Source: a virus | Virus record (IMG/VR): IMGVR_UViG_3300025087_000044 | Coordinates: 1-64,000 of that record | DNA length: 64,000 nucleotides | Reading direction: 5' to 3' (one strand) | In this document: positions 18,699 to 28,252 of the stretch, piece after piece | Layout: the number at the start of each line of letters is the position of its first letter | Numbering within the stretch: position 1 is the stretch's first letter | The notes under the pieces: generated by a model | Database searches by the model: none | The model's input: only the letters and a program-made list of their open reading frames with translations | What the model was told of the DNA's origin: nothing | Translations under genes and position numbers: made by a program

Positions 18699-19802
18699 TT
18701 ATATTACACTTCGAGCGACCTCCCTCCACGCCTGACCGCCTGCTGTAGTTTCGCATAGACAAAGAGTCAATGTGTCATTGGCCGTCATTGAGAAATCACC
18801 CGCGCCGTTAAGCAGAATGGTTATATTAGAACCACTGGTAGCTGTGCCGTGGTCAATTACAACGCTCTCATTAGCTACAAGCACAACCGTTGCGCCATTT
18901 TGACGACCGGTACTGGCAATCAAATCAACCTTGGTCGTGCCGGTCAACTCAAACACATCGCCGTCTGATGGAATCACGATGTTTGTGGCAGAAGCGATGT
19001 CAGTACCTTGTCTGGACTGAATTGAGCCGCCGAGGGTAATATAACCGCCATACAAATCAATGTATGCTTTTTCAGTCGTTCCATTGTCATTATAGAACGA
19101 AGCAATCTTCGCGCCTGCAGTTGATAAGGCAGAGGCGCATTGAAACTTAATTGCAATTGCACTTGCTCCGTCTGCTATTCTGCCTTCAAGAATAACCACA
19201 GCAACACTCGCAGCTGTAAATTTATTATTCGCTGATACCGTCCCTGTAAATGTTGCGCTACCAGCACCGGAAATTGTAAGCCTATCAACATACGCGCCTG
19301 CAGTAGATGCTTTTGCTTGAAAAATTAAAGATGGAGAATTACTTGCTCCCTGAACAGGCAATACATACATCTGCCAGCCGACTGTTTGTGAAGTACCTCC
19401 TGTAGTTTCCCAACCTCGCGCAGTCCACATTATTGCTGGCGAAACTTGCTGAGCGCCAACAGTTGCGGCTGTGTCTGTTACCAGTGAAAGCATTGCTGAA
19501 GTAGTTGTGCCTAATGAGCTTTTTGTTAAAGTCGCCAGACCGTCCAACCAAGACACTCCCTGCACTTCGAGTTTTCCGGCAATAGCTAAATCATTCGTTG
19601 CCGCAAGTGAGTGCGCCGTTGTAACATTGCCTACCGAAACAAAGGTTTTGCCTGACGCAGAACCTTGAATGTAGCCAGCGATGGTGAAGATATCAACTGA
19701 AGCGTTGCCGAAATTAAAGCTTCCATTAACGGTTAAATCACCCGTTACCGTTAAGTCAACTACAGACAAACTTGTCCCACGAAATGAATCTTTGAATTTC
19801 AT
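18699..19802 (-). CDS. Virion structural/fibre-like protein
   Basis: Thr/Ala/Gly-rich beta protein ending WREVARS. Confidence 0.6.
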   Translation of the reverse strand: MKFKDSFRGTSLSVVDLTVTGDLTVNGSFNFGNASVDIFTIAGYIQGSASGKTFVSVGNVTTAHSLAATNDLAIAGKLEVQGVSWLDGLATLTKSSLGTTTSAMLSLVTDTAATVGAQQVSPAIMWTARGWETTGGTSQTVGWQMYVLPVQGASNSPSLIFQAKASTAGAYVDRLTISGAGSATFTGTVSANNKFTAASVAVVILEGRIADGASAIAIKFQCASALSTAGAKIASFYNDNGTTEKAYIDLYGGYITLGGSIQSRQGTDIASATNIVIPSDGDVFELTGTTKVDLIASTGRQNGATVVLVANESVVIDHGTATSGSNITILLNGAGDFSMTANDTLTLCLCETTAGGQAWREVARSVI

Positions 19803-19807
19803 ATGGT

Positions 19808-20377
19808 TTATGCTTCAAATGCTATCTCCACTCCTTCACCGCTAACCGTCGCATCCATCCATATCTGATTGAGATTTTTGACTTGGACTTCAACTGATTG
19901 ATTAGCAAGCAGAGTAAAATAGGACTCATAGGCGGTATTAGTATTCAAAGCTCTCGCAGCTGTACCGGCCAATGTAATAGTCCCGGTATTGGCGTTCTTC
20001 GCCTTGATTACCACCGAAACACCATCGGCTACGGGTTTGCCGTTCTTAGGAACAAGCGTAAACGCGGTACCCGCGCTTTCATCCGTAAGCGCTCCTTGCC
20101 GAGTGATGGTAATCGTACCGGCAACAACTGCCTCAATGGTAACCTCAATGTTATTACTTACCGTTCCGGTGATAACCAGCTTGTCGCCAGCCTTAAATCC
20201 TTCAACCAAGAATTGCGCGGCTGAATCTGTAATCGTGTCATTAACTCCAATCACAGTGCTCCTTACAAAGGCTATCGTTGAAGCCGCATATTTAGGAGCA
20301 AGATTTTCCGGTGTACCGGACGTGGTAACTACCTTTCTGAATGCGTCAATTGATATTAGATTTATCATTCGTCCCAT
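19808..20377 (-). CDS. Virion structural protein
   Basis: Beta-rich; VVIKAKNANTGTI...NLNQIWMDATVSGEGV. Confidence 0.6.
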   Translation of the reverse strand: MGRMINLISIDAFRKVVTTSGTPENLAPKYAASTIAFVRSTVIGVNDTITDSAAQFLVEGFKAGDKLVITGTVSNNIEVTIEAVVAGTITITRQGALTDESAGTAFTLVPKNGKPVADGVSVVIKAKNANTGTITLAGTAARALNTNTAYESYFTLLANQSVEVQVKNLNQIWMDATVSGEGVEIAFEA

Positions 20378-20389
20378 ATTTTTATAAGC

Positions 20390-20441
20390 CTCTCAGTCCT
20401 CCCCTCCTGTGTAGCGTGAGCAACAGAGGAGGAGAGTGAGA
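20390..20441 (-). terminator. Long hairpin, probable terminator or stability element
   Basis: CTCTCAGTCCTCCCCTCCTGT...ACAGAGGAGGAGAGTGAGA inverted repeat. Confidence 0.45.
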
Positions 20442-20443
20442 AG

Positions 20444-20962
20444 TCAATTCCTAAATTGTCCTTCTTTATTTCTTATTCTTTCAGCCAAATGAAATTTGGC
20501 ATGTTCACTTCTATTCTTAAAAACAAGCAGATTTGTAGGATTGTTGTCTATTTTCCTCCTATTTCTATGATGAACAATCTCTCCTTTAATCAACAACCTT
20601 CCTAACATTCGTTCTGCCACAAGTATCTGTTCAGGAACATATCCTCGAACATTTGCCAATAAATGTTCAGGTGCAAGAACCATCACATACCCCTGGCTAG
20701 AAATATATCTTCCACCACGCCAGTTTATGTTTTTTTCTCTCGATGTCCGTTGAGTGGTAAATTCTGTCCCCGGCGATCTACGCTTACCGAGATTGACAGT
20801 CCTACAATGCTCCAACCACTTTTCGCTCTCGCTTCTTCTCACAGTAAAACATTTCACTGAACAATACTTCTGCTTTTTAGAATAACTCTTACTCTTAAAC
20901 CGGCAATTACAATTTTGACAAGTTAGCAACATAACTAAGTATTTATGAATTATTACATTCAT
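20444..20962 (-). CDS. HNH homing endonuclease (true start probably ATG at 20932)
   Basis: NWRGGRYISSQGY...GYVPEQILVAERMLGR...VHHRNRRKIDNNPTNL; N-terminal CQNC/YCSVKC. Confidence 0.85.
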   Translation of the reverse strand: MNVIIHKYLVMLLTCQNCNCRFKSKSYSKKQKYCSVKCFTVRRSESEKWLEHCRTVNLGKRRSPGTEFTTQRTSREKNINWRGGRYISSQGYVMVLAPEHLLANVRGYVPEQILVAERMLGRLLIKGEIVHHRNRRKIDNNPTNLLVFKNRSEHAKFHLAERIRNKEGQFRN

Positions 20963-20990
20963 TATACTTTATTGTGTTATTTTATGTCAA
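20961..20990 (-). promoter_or_regulatory. Sigma70-type promoter for the HNH gene
   Basis: TTGACA-N18-TATAAT on minus strand. Confidence 0.6.
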
Positions 20991-20994
20991 TAGT

Positions 20995-23253
20995 TTATGC
21001 CAGTGCCGACCAGTTCGTAGTTCCGGTACAATAAAAGGGGACACTTGATGGGCCATTCAAGCAGACATCACCAGCCGTGCCGGTAAGATTACCGTTAGGC
21101 GTGGTCGCGTCAATGGATAACCAGCAAGCAACCGTCTTAGATCCGTCAGAACCGCTCCACAACTTAACAAACTTCGACCCCGTACCTGTAACAGCGTCAT
21201 TCCTTATCGCCAACGGCACAGCACCTACAGCCGAGGCATGGTCATTGTGAACCAAGACCAAGTTTCTTGCCGTAGCATCAGCTGAGTTAGACACCAATGA
21301 AGCGATAGAACCTGTCGTCAATGCGTTAGCGTCATTGATAGTCAACGCCACGCCTGTCGTCATTGCAGCTACGCTAATCTTCGCCGCTACACCGCCAATC
21401 AACGTGCCTGAAGCCGTTACCTGCATAACAACCGTTTCGTCAGTCGCTGTTGACTTGAACTCATTCAATACCGTTGATGTGCCCGTAGCACCGGAATGCT
21501 CAGACAAGAAAATTCTACCAACAGAAGTCATTGCCGTAGCAGAGGTAGTCAAATACATCATTTGGCCGGTAGTCAATGAGTTGGCCGTCAACTTGAAAAT
21601 TCCAGCCGCAGTCGTACCTGAAGAAATGATGTTAATCGCCTTCCCGGTAATAGCCGAGTGCGTCAAGCTGATTCCGTCCCCCGAGCCATCAGCGTCCATG
21701 ACAATCTCAATTCCATTTGTCGTAGAAGTGATAGTTCCTGAAGTATTGGTAACCACTGTTTGAATATACAGACAAGAGCCAGCCGAAGTCATTGCGCCTG
21801 CACCATTGATGATAGCCGTTCTTACAATGCTTACTCCATCAAAGTCATCAGCCACTGTGCCTGTGGTTACTGTTCTTGACGAGGTAAGGTTGAGCAACGC
21901 GCCTGTCTTATTCACCGTTCCCGTAATAGCCGTAGCTGTGTGGTCGAATGTAACCAAAGAGCCACTGGTCAAAGCTGAGTTAGCGCCGGTATCTTGAACA
22001 TAAAGCAGATTGCCCGTTGTTACTGAAACACCCGCTGTAATATGCAACCCCTTGCCTTCAGTCAATGCCGCGAGCGGAAGATAGACAGCCGTACCGGTCG
22101 TCAAACCAGAAGGTGTAACGGTCATCCAAGATGAAGTGGTACTGCCTGTAAACGCGCCAGCACCAACCAACACAACAACAGAAGCCGAGGTGGCTGTGCT
22201 ATTGGTTACAGTCAACGAAGCGGCGTTGTCAGCATCCGTAATCGCCAAAGAACCATCAGACCAAACCACATCTCCAGCCGTAATGGTGAAGGTGTTGTTT
22301 CCAGCCGAGCCTGCGATGTTGGTAATGCCAAGCTCACCGATCCTGAACGCGTAAGCGCCAGCATCCTGACTCCAGCACCTAAAGAAGTATCCGCCATTCA
22401 TTCCTGTTTCATCAACTGAAAGATTCAATAGAATACCAGTCGTCAATGACTCAGATGAAATCTGCACAACGCCCAAATCAGCAGCCGCGCCAACCGTAGT
22501 GGCCGTATCATTAACCACCGACAAAGACGCTTCAGTGTTCCAATCAGAAATGATGTAGAAATTACCCAATGTCAATTCCATATCACCCGCTGAAACAGTC
22601 AAAGCTGTGTTATGAGTGGTAGTGCCCGAAATAACAGTGCTTCCAGTGCCGTTCATCGCCAACGTAATCGCGCCATTGGCTGCATCCGTAATGGTAATCT
22701 TAGACGAGTTTGTTCCGCTATTGGTCTCCAATACCAGGTCATAAGCGCCGTTAGACGTAATTGTTCCCGTGGCGGAGCCTGACCCGAACAATGTCGTACC
22801 TGCTAAAGTTGATCCCGTAGTGAATACAGCGACACCGGCCTTAGTGATGTACCAAGTACCGGAAGTACCGTACACATCATAACCAGTACCGGCATTCGAG
22901 ATAACCAGACAATGACCGGCCGACCCGGCAGATCCCGTAATGGTCAAGCCATTATTGGTTGCATGCTCAAGCGCGAAAGTTAAGGTCGTGGAATCCAAGG
23001 TCAAGGTCTTGTCAATGTTGTAGATGGTATCCCATGTAGGCGTAGAACCGCCGCCTTGCCCCAACGCGACCGCTGAAGAACCGTTGTCGTAGTAAAGAAC
23101 ACCGTTATCAACGTACAGATAGAAATATCCGGTAGCCGTTGTTGGCGCTTCCACCACATCATCAAATTGAAGGATAGCATCCCTTACGACATCACGCGCA
23201 ATGAGCTTGATGCCGGGAATGCCAGAGCTTTTCTTTCCATTTGCTATAGGCAT
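20995..23253 (-). CDS. Large beta-rich virion protein (head fibre/spike-like)
   Basis: Thr/Gly/Ala-rich with recurring LTTG motifs; downstream of capsid genes. Confidence 0.6.
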   Translation of the reverse strand: MPIANGKKSSGIPGIKLIARDVVRDAILQFDDVVEAPTTATGYFYLYVDNGVLYYDNGSSAVALGQGGGSTPTWDTIYNIDKTLTLDSTTLTFALEHATNNGLTITGSAGSAGHCLVISNAGTGYDVYGTSGTWYITKAGVAVFTTGSTLAGTTLFGSGSATGTITSNGAYDLVLETNSGTNSSKITITDAANGAITLAMNGTGSTVISGTTTHNTALTVSAGDMELTLGNFYIISDWNTEASLSVVNDTATTVGAAADLGVVQISSESLTTGILLNLSVDETGMNGGYFFRCWSQDAGAYAFRIGELGITNIAGSAGNNTFTITAGDVVWSDGSLAITDADNAASLTVTNSTATSASVVVLVGAGAFTGSTTSSWMTVTPSGLTTGTAVYLPLAALTEGKGLHITAGVSVTTGNLLYVQDTGANSALTSGSLVTFDHTATAITGTVNKTGALLNLTSSRTVTTGTVADDFDGVSIVRTAIINGAGAMTSAGSCLYIQTVVTNTSGTITSTTNGIEIVMDADGSGDGISLTHSAITGKAINIISSGTTAAGIFKLTANSLTTGQMMYLTTSATAMTSVGRIFLSEHSGATGTSTVLNEFKSTATDETVVMQVTASGTLIGGVAAKISVAAMTTGVALTINDANALTTGSIASLVSNSADATARNLVLVHNDHASAVGAVPLAIRNDAVTGTGSKFVKLWSGSDGSKTVACWLSIDATTPNGNLTGTAGDVCLNGPSSVPFYCTGTTNWSALA

Positions 23254-23265
23254 ACTATTAAAGCC

Positions 23266-23616
23266 TTAGCTCTCCAACGCAGGAGCCTGTTCCTGTTTGG
23301 CAATTAAGGCTTGTTTAATCAACTGAATTAAATCTAGTCGTGTCGCTTCATCAGTGAAGTTTAGTCCGAGTTCACGAGCTTCCGCCTGCAAATCCGCTTT
23401 CTTCATTACATCAATAGGCCTTTTTCCTGTCGCTTTCACGACTTCATCTGTCGCATTCAGCGCCTCTTGATACGAAACGACCGTTAAATGTCCAAGCCGA
23501 ACATACTCATAAGGGATTTTCAATGCGTAAATCGCATTCAGCTCCTCATCATTCCAAGGAACTCCAATGAACTTACATCTACCCCTCTCGTACAAAGCTG
23601 ACCAATTTGGCGGCAT
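23266..23616 (-). CDS. Hypothetical protein with HeH/Rho-N-like C-terminus
   Basis: MKKADLQAEARELGL...ATRLDLIQLI. Confidence 0.6.
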   Translation of the reverse strand: MPPNWSALYERGRCKFIGVPWNDEELNAIYALKIPYEYVRLGHLTVVSYQEALNATDEVVKATGKRPIDVMKKADLQAEARELGLNFTDEATRLDLIQLIKQALIAKQEQAPALES

Positions 23617-23656
23617 ATAGTTTGAAAGAGAGGGCGTGGACGTCCGCCCTCGTTAA

Positions 23657-24637
23657 TTAAGAACCTGTACCGTTCGACCCGAACACGAAAGCCGGGAAGC
23701 CTCGCAGAATAGCGTAGTAGAAATCAATACTGTAATCCCAGTTCTTGTTCTTGTACACTTGCTCAGGAGCGTCCAATGCCGGCCTCTCTCTAAACAATGC
23801 TTGCAAGGAGTTCTTAGCGCGCTTGGAATCGCACATGAACCAATACGCCGAGGTATCAGTACCACCCGTGCGCGTCTGCAATTTCTCCCAAGTCACCACC
23901 TTAACCTTGCCTTTCAATGGATTCGGGTCGTTATCAAATGAACCTGAAATCTTATCGGAATTGACAATCCTCAATACCTCATCTTCTTTTTCTGGAGCTA
24001 CGTAAATCGTATCCAGATTAATCGGGCGGTTATGGCCTGTAGGGTCTTTGTAAATCATTGCGTCAACTCTAGCCTTCACAATCGCCTCACGTGAAACAAC
24101 CGGATTATTGGCGCTGTTGTAACGAATGATGTTTCGGAACGTCTCAGAATTGATGTTGTTGGTATGCGAAGCTGAGAACAACGCAAGTCCATCCGGCCCG
24201 GTCGCGCCTACGCTTTCACCATACACATCTGTGTAATTAGAAGCGGAGAAGCCATTCAATAACACGTCAGCCAAAGACTGGTCAACCTTCTGGAACGCGT
24301 CTTCAGTAGCGGAACGCACCAATCCGTCAATCTGGTCGTAAAGGTCAAACAAACGCATATCCTTAGTGACGGAAACGATACCGCCGTATCTCGACTGTGT
24401 GGCAGTAATGGAGTCGCCCTGAACCACAGTAGCTTGCGGCAAGTCAGCGCCTTCAGCAACCTTCTTAATCACATCCATACCATGCAGAATCAGATAGTCA
24501 TAAGTTCTGCGGTCGGTATCCTTGATGTTAAACAACTTAAAACCTGTCATGTCTGAAACACTTGTCTTGGCCACCTCATTGAAAATCTCCTGAAGATCGT
24601 CTGTAAGGGCGGCAAAGTCTGTTGTTCGTATCGCCAT
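23657..24637 (-). CDS. Major capsid protein (Mu gpT-like)
   Basis: YGGIVSVTKDMRLFDLYD, GPDGLALFSASH, AYWF; follows scaffold and decoration genes. Confidence 0.85.
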   Translation of the reverse strand: MAIRTTDFAALTDDLQEIFNEVAKTSVSDMTGFKLFNIKDTDRRTYDYLILHGMDVIKKVAEGADLPQATVVQGDSITATQSRYGGIVSVTKDMRLFDLYDQIDGLVRSATEDAFQKVDQSLADVLLNGFSASNYTDVYGESVGATGPDGLALFSASHTNNINSETFRNIIRYNSANNPVVSREAIVKARVDAMIYKDPTGHNRPINLDTIYVAPEKEDEVLRIVNSDKISGSFDNDPNPLKGKVKVVTWEKLQTRTGGTDTSAYWFMCDSKRAKNSLQALFRERPALDAPEQVYKNKNWDYSIDFYYAILRGFPAFVFGSNGTGS

Positions 24638-24661
24638 ATTCTTATAGTGTTAATTCTTAAA

Positions 24662-25057
24662 CTACTCTCGTGGCATGAATCTGCCCTCAACAATCTTATT
24701 GGTCGCATCGACGATACGATCAACATGGAAAACCTTGTCTGTGGTATTACCCAAATCAACTGTCGCGTCGTCAGTCAAATCATACTCATTGCCGACATGC
24801 GTAGCTTGCACCGGAGTAATAGAGGTCAAAGCACGGAATACAATCGTCTGATCCAGCGGCAGAACCTTCACAAGTTCGCCTGTCGATGTTGTCAATTTAC
24901 TCTCAAGGCAAAGATACTCGGCTTTATCATCGGCAGCTGCGGCATTCACAAGATAGCCTGAAGAAAACTTCACCAGCTTGTTCTTGACGAATGTAGTAGC
25001 GTCCGTGCCTTTCAGCTCCATCTCTTTGCCGTCACACTTAGTCATTGGTTCGAACAT
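24662..25057 (-). CDS. Capsid decoration/cement protein
   Basis: Size, beta character and position between scaffold and capsid. Confidence 0.6.
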   Translation of the reverse strand: MFEPMTKCDGKEMELKGTDATTFVKNKLVKFSSGYLVNAAAADDKAEYLCLESKLTTSTGELVKVLPLDQTIVFRALTSITPVQATHVGNEYDLTDDATVDLGNTTDKVFHVDRIVDATNKIVEGRFMPRE

Positions 25058-25082
25058 ACATTTTAGATGTTAATTCTTAAAT

Positions 25083-25718
25083 TTACTTATACCAGCCGTC
25101 CGGACCGGTCTGTTTCGGGATAACTCGCTTCCTATCAGGACTGCTAACCTCATTGTTCGTCCTGCCTGAAGGGACAGAATGCGATGTCGCCAGCTCTGAC
25201 GCTTTATCCTTCGCCTTATCTTTGAAGCCTGTAGCCTGTTTCCAACCGCTGACAGCGATTCTAAGCGCCTTCACAACCCCCTCCTGGCTCGTTCTGTCAA
25301 TCTTGCGAGGCAGATACTGCAAGATGTCCTGATACTGCGATTCCTTCACCAATTCAGGCATGTAGTTAGAAGACTTCGGATTGATTACATCCTTTAAAAC
25401 CTGTTGCTCGTTCTTTTCTTGCAAGACTTCATCAACCTTAGTGCGGATTTCCTCCTCATAAGGCTGAGGCTCAGGCTTCTCTTCTAACTTGCGCTTCTTA
25501 ACCGCCAACAAACCCTCTTTGTAGTTGTCGCGGTCACGCCTTAATGTCTCATTCTCCTCACGCAACTTCGCAATATCATCGTCCAATTCATCTGATCCGC
25601 TAGACCCACCGCCTTCACCACCCTTAGATTCCTCATTTTCTTCATTGGTATCCTCTGAGCTTTCTTGGTCGTCAATCTCTTCTTGCGCTTGTTGCGATTC
25701 TTTTAAGTGCTCAAACAT
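25083..25718 (-). CDS. Scaffolding protein
   Basis: Acidic N-terminus and coiled coil, between portal and capsid. Confidence 0.7.
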   Translation of the reverse strand: MFEHLKESQQAQEEIDDQESSEDTNEENEESKGGEGGGSSGSDELDDDIAKLREENETLRRDRDNYKEGLLAVKKRKLEEKPEPQPYEEEIRTKVDEVLQEKNEQQVLKDVINPKSSNYMPELVKESQYQDILQYLPRKIDRTSQEGVVKALRIAVSGWKQATGFKDKAKDKASELATSHSVPSGRTNNEVSSPDRKRVIPKQTGPDGWYK

Positions 25719-25761
25719 AAAGTTTTAAACCGCTTGTTTCAACTGGCTCGGTCACCAGCTT

Positions 25762-26052
25762 TTATGTTTTATATGTCAATTCCACTTTCTTCTTTCTCTC
25801 CGCCAAATCCTTTGCCTCCTTCACCTTACCGGCCAATAGCAACAACTCATGTCGCTGCCCTACTAGCTTCCAATACTCCTCCTGCCGCAATCCCTGCCCC
25901 ATTTGCTTCAATATCGCCAAATCGCGGTATTTAAAGTAGCCTATAAATCCCATATCCAATGAATTGGCTAACAGCCACTCCTGCATTTTATCCTTGTCTA
26001 TTCCCGAATAATCCCTGTTGCCAAACAACTTTTCTAATAACCAATAAATCAT
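25762..26052 (-). CDS. Hypothetical protein downstream of portal
   Basis: Co-oriented ORF. Confidence 0.6.
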   Translation of the reverse strand: MIYWLLEKLFGNRDYSGIDKDKMQEWLLANSLDMGFIGYFKYRDLAILKQMGQGLRQEEYWKLVGQRHELLLLAGKVKEAKDLAERKKKVELTYKT

Positions 26053-26064
26053 ATTATACTCCGC

Positions 26065-28071
26065 TTATACTCCGCCAACTAAAGCCGGAAGACTCTTTGT
26101 TGGCGCTGTTATTTGTTGGCTCACCTGCCCTGGTGCTCCCTGCTGACTCTCTTGAGGTTGTTGCGTCATCGCTTGCATCTGGCTCATTTGCTGCTTAACT
26201 ATGTTCTCCAAATACTTATCCGCGCTCTTTCCATTAATTTTCATGTACTCCTTGAACAACTCTTGCTGATTAGCGGCAAATATCTCCGGAAACGCCGTTG
26301 CAATGAACTGAATGTTTTCTGACATCATTGCCTTGTCCAATGCTCTAGACTTCTGATAGAAGTTATCCGTCTCTACTGTTAAATCATACTCCCAGTCATC
26401 CAAGAAATCTGAGCTTATCATGATTGTTTCTATTGGCTTGCCTTGGATTCTTGCCATCTCTGCCCTTACATCCAATTCGTTAAATTGCTTACCGCTCGGC
26501 ATAACCCCAATCGGCCGATTCATTTGGTCAACTGTAGCTTGCTCAGCCACTCCTATCTGAAGCGTACCCGTTTCACCAGTGGACAATGTCCCTGGCACAT
26601 TAAACGACTTGTATTCATTGATAAAAACCTCATCGCCGTCAGCGCCCACTATTGCTTTGGTCTTAAGCGGATTCGCGTAGTTGGCAACGATATTGTAAAT
26701 CCTTAATCTTGTCTTCTGAACATACAAATCCTTCATTAGAATAAAGAACAGCCCCTTAAGCTCCTCAGCACGCTCATTAGCCAGAACTATCTCTCTAGCA
26801 GTGCTCCCCGAACCACCGTAACCACTTTGCAAGCTATCAGTTGAGTCTTCATCGATTCCTCTCGTCGTGAACTCCAACATCTTCATCTCACCCTGCTGAA
26901 TTGTCTGCATCGGCATCGGCTGAACTTGACTAACATCTTCCACATAAATCCTTGTATCACCGGTAACATACTCGTCCTCCAACTCCAATGAATCCTTATT
27001 TACCATTCCAACGAGCATTGGCGTGTTAAGTGTTCGATACACCTTATCCGCCATTGAATTGATAAACGCATTGGAAACATCCTGGCTAGCCATTAAGATA
27101 TTCGGCAGAGAATTACCGTAGAAGAACTCCACATTGGCAAATGGCTCATATACGCTCTTAGCAAATGGGTACACTTTGCGCTTCTTGCCCCATAACATTA
27201 TCGTATCAAGTAATAACACCCCATTAGCCACTATTCGATATTGATTATCATTCTTATTGTAATACCTAACAACCTCAATTTTCTTCTTCTCTACGCGGTC
27301 GTTCCATTGCTCACCAAAAAACAAGATGTTCTCGCCCGCCTCAAACTTGAATCCCGCCTGCTTTACTTTACTGGCGTTTTTATACTTGCCAAATTCTTTC
27401 TTGAACTCACCCTCGCCTTGATAACTCACCCAAATCATATCAGGCTGTTGCTGAATGTCCGCTATATATGGGTCGCGGATAAACAAGTTCTGCAATGGAA
27501 CATTAACCTCTATCACCCTGTCCTCTGTGATAACCTCCTCGCCATCCTCATACTCTATCTTTCCAGTAGCCAGATCGTAGCTAGTGATAATCTTAGGAGT
27601 TTCCTTAGTCTTTAAATAGCCTACATACTTAACAATTGTACCGTTAATGGCGCAGTTCCATGAATCAATGTAGATGAGCTTCTCAGGATTGCCGCCATAC
27701 TCCAGCTCTGAAGCCCTAACCAGTTTGGACATTATATCCGACCGCTCAATGGAAATAGTGTTGGCCTCATTAGTAGCTGTTATCTTAATCGGCGGCGGCT
27801 CCTTAGCGATTGTTGCTATATGAGCCTTAATCTTACGCCTTGTGTAGTTGGTGAAGATATTAGCCTGCCACTGCTCCTTGCCTTGGCTCTCCCGGCTTGG
27901 AGTGTACCCATTGGCGCGCTTCTGGCAGTCGTCAAGGTATTCCTTCAAGGTTCTGTCGCGCTCCTTAGATTCTGAATAATTAAACTCACGAAATCCGCCA
28001 TTCTGGATATCGCGCATCTCTTGGTATGCTTTATAAACTTCCGATACTATTGGGTCTACTTGATTTTCCAT
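26065..28071 (-). CDS. Portal protein (podovirus-type)
   Basis: 668 aa after TerL; YPFAK..YEP..FFYGNSL, STAREI, Gln-rich tail. Confidence 0.85.
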   Translation of the reverse strand: MENQVDPIVSEVYKAYQEMRDIQNGGFREFNYSESKERDRTLKEYLDDCQKRANGYTPSRESQGKEQWQANIFTNYTRRKIKAHIATIAKEPPPIKITATNEANTISIERSDIMSKLVRASELEYGGNPEKLIYIDSWNCAINGTIVKYVGYLKTKETPKIITSYDLATGKIEYEDGEEVITEDRVIEVNVPLQNLFIRDPYIADIQQQPDMIWVSYQGEGEFKKEFGKYKNASKVKQAGFKFEAGENILFFGEQWNDRVEKKKIEVVRYYNKNDNQYRIVANGVLLLDTIMLWGKKRKVYPFAKSVYEPFANVEFFYGNSLPNILMASQDVSNAFINSMADKVYRTLNTPMLVGMVNKDSLELEDEYVTGDTRIYVEDVSQVQPMPMQTIQQGEMKMLEFTTRGIDEDSTDSLQSGYGGSGSTAREIVLANERAEELKGLFFILMKDLYVQKTRLRIYNIVANYANPLKTKAIVGADGDEVFINEYKSFNVPGTLSTGETGTLQIGVAEQATVDQMNRPIGVMPSGKQFNELDVRAEMARIQGKPIETIMISSDFLDDWEYDLTVETDNFYQKSRALDKAMMSENIQFIATAFPEIFAANQQELFKEYMKINGKSADKYLENIVKQQMSQMQAMTQQPQESQQGAPGQVSQQITAPTKSLPALVGGV

Positions 28072-28112
28072 ATAAAAAAAAGCTCTATTGCTAGAGCTTC
28101 AAGAGCTTCATC
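28072..28112 (-). promoter_or_regulatory. Tandem GAAGCTCT repeats plus hairpin and U-tract just before the portal start
   Basis: Minus strand GAAGCTCTTGAAGCTCTAGCAATAGAGCTTTTTTTTATATG. Confidence 0.6.
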
Positions 28113-28126
28113 TATGCTTAAATTAT

Positions 28127-28252
28127 TTAAACCTTGTTCACTCGCTTACATCGCTTGCACTTTATCGACACTTGATACTTCACTTCGTCAGGATTACGCT
28201 CCACCTCACACAACTTGGCTTTGCATTGTTCGCACCGTATTTCGTAGCTCAT
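28127..28252 (-). CDS. Mu Com-like zinc-finger protein (41 aa, absent from ORF track)
   Basis: MSYEIRCEQCKAKLCEVERNPDEVKYQVSIKCKRCKRVNKV; ATGA overlap with terL stop. Confidence 0.8.
   Translation of the reverse strand: MSYEIRCEQCKAKLCEVERNPDEVKYQVSIKCKRCKRVNKV

Noticed and set aside
20390-20994. Fourth HNH with a duplicated gene end
   Set aside because: No duplicated peptide found on either side; it is intergenic with its own promoter
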